Below are positions 63,669 through 64,000 of a stretch of 64,000 nt of DNA, in pieces (the first letter of the stretch is position 1; each line of letters begins with the position of its first letter). Source of the DNA: Ramazzottius varieornatus (lineage: Eukaryota > Animalia > Tardigrada); assembly GCA_001949185.1 (NCBI GenBank), contig BDGG01000001.1, positions 7,886,149-7,950,148 of the forward strand, read 5' to 3'. The notes under the pieces were generated by a model, which saw only the letters and a list, made by a program, of their open reading frames with translations, searched no databases and had not been told where the DNA came from. A program made the position numbers and the translations under genes.

Positions 63669-64000
63669 GATCTCTTGGCAGGGCCGATGCATAACGCAAC
63701 GCCGAAGCCGTTCTATCTGCACTACATCCGTTTCAAGCCGGACAATAACAACACAGAACTGAGGTTTACAGACTTTCTTAGCGTGATGTCTGGTGTACAA
63801 TATTTAAAACCCGATGGTATCCTGATTCATGGCGACTTCGCTCCGACCGGTTTGTGAGACTTACGTACGTTCTCTTTTAGTGAGATGGCGGCCTAATCAT
63901 CTTAACTGCTTTCTGCTTGTAGGTCCACATTGGGATAACCTGACCAGCAGAAATCTCATTCGTCAAGTTCCGATGGTTCGACCGACAGATGTCGGCATCA
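63669..64000 (+). CDS. Glycosyltransferase family 32 (DXD sugar-binding) protein, partial; runs off the window
   Basis: Exons of about 63669-63849 and 63923->64000 read LHYIRF....ELRFTDFLSVMSGVQYLKPDGILIHGDFAPTGPHWDNL...MVRPTDV, a typical N-terminal part of GT32/Gly_transf_sug proteins. The DXD motif would lie beyond the window and the 5' end is uncertain. Confidence 0.7.

Overview
Eukaryotic (metazoan) genomic DNA of moderate GC with many short GT-AG introns (about 55-75 nt) and five fixed 50-N assembly gaps. The host cannot be determined from the sequence; it looks like a compact-genome invertebrate. There are two clearly recognisable host genes: the 8-exon cytoplasmic phenylalanyl-tRNA synthetase alpha subunit (FARSA, 2657-5551 +) and a multi-exon FERM-RhoGEF-PH-PH gene of the FARP/Cdep/frm-3 family (37303-53967 +) with a very large, stop-terminated internal exon. 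A partial GT32-type glycosyltransferase runs off the right edge, and a Ser-rich orphan gene lies at 9280-11011 (-). The rest is dominated by DNA transposons: a Tc5/Tc4-like element with a TNA target duplication just upstream of FARSA, a hobo/Hermes-like hAT, Kolobok-type and pogo transposase remnants, several MITE families (including a three-level nest) and a 1.7-kb TIR element with an 8-bp TSD that carries an unexplained coding fragment. The most unusual observations are: (1) an intron-restricted foldback element whose inverted AGTGGCGCAC motif pair keeps a 22-25 bp spacing in 10 units; (2) a pair of orphan paralogous ORFs (25237 and 27572) that align without gaps and look like a Cys/His-clasped helical hairpin; (3) a 3.3-kb tandem array of 82-87 bp units with hairpins and higher-order blocks; (4) two diverged inverted copies of a cadherin-like exon 36 kb apart.
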